Positions 63,913 to 64,000 of a stretch of 64,000 nt of DNA are shown piece after piece (position 1 is the stretch's first letter; each line of letters opens with the position of its first letter). This stretch comes from Candidatus Thorarchaeota archaeon (GTDB taxonomy: Archaea; Asgardarchaeota; Thorarchaeia; Thorarchaeales; Thorarchaeaceae). The stretch is taken from the NCBI GenBank assembly GCA_003345595.1, contig PRDI01000058.1, positions 15,983 to 79,982 on the forward strand, written 5' to 3'. Made by a program: the position numbers and the translations under genes. Under the pieces are notes generated by a model, which saw only the letters and a program-made list of their open reading frames with translations, was not told the DNA's origin and searched no databases.

Positions 63913-64000
63913 CTAGAATCCCTTGAACACCGCATCGATGTCTGCGTCTGTGACATCGAAAGTGACGTTGTGCGGCGGGAGTTTCTCAGTGCGGAAGAAC
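63913..64000 (-). CDS. 3' end of a second aldehyde:ferredoxin oxidoreductase family gene (partial)
   Basis: FFRTEKLPPHNVTFDVTDADIDAVFKGF* matches the AOR-family C-terminal FFxxEKLPPHNxxFD motif. Followed by MoaD-like genes. Confidence 0.65.
   Translation of the reverse strand, partial: FFRTEKLPPHNVTFDVTDADIDAVFKGF

Noticed and set aside
1-64000. tRNA, rRNA, CRISPR arrays, IS/transposase, integrase, RNase P or SRP RNA
   Set aside because: No T-loop/cloverleaf, regularly spaced repeats, DDE/tyrosine-recombinase motifs or RNase P/SRP consensus was seen by eye. tRNAscan-SE, Infernal and CRISPR finders would be needed to exclude them fully.

Overview
Gene-dense archaeal chromosomal window. It is most consistent with an Asgard archaeon (Thorarchaeia-like). 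This is an inference from a stand-alone Roadblock/LC7 gene, archaeal-type ThrRS, Topo VI, CofE and the surface-protein architectures. No rRNA, tRNA, CRISPR array or transposase was recognised. Content from left to right: a paired ABC-2 exporter; Roadblock/LC7; a Zn-ribbon/acidic/TPR-like protein; topoisomerase VI B and A with large unusual extensions (A carries two helix-hairpin-helix modules); cofE; and a PH-like Zn-ribbon protein. A lipid/aldehyde catabolism cluster follows, centred on a single 1211-aa ORF that fuses a tungsten aldehyde:ferredoxin oxidoreductase to an acyl-CoA ligase, flanked by 3-hydroxyacyl-CoA dehydrogenase, MoaD, two SCP2-like proteins and a lipase. Further right are a MetRS relic, a P-type ATPase, Xaa-Pro peptidase, PadR and partner, rubrerythrin/FprA, a p24/GOLD-like membrane protein, an Ntn acylase, two tandem non-canonical transcarbamylases, a peptide ABC system, tdh, a LysDH-like gene, thrS, a circularly permuted family-5 SBP with a truncated paralog, a flavoprotein disulfide reductase, a beta-helix surface protein, and two ubiquitin-fold proteins with tails beyond Gly-Gly behind the 3' end of a second AOR. 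All calls come from motif recognition by eye; no database search or folding computation was run.
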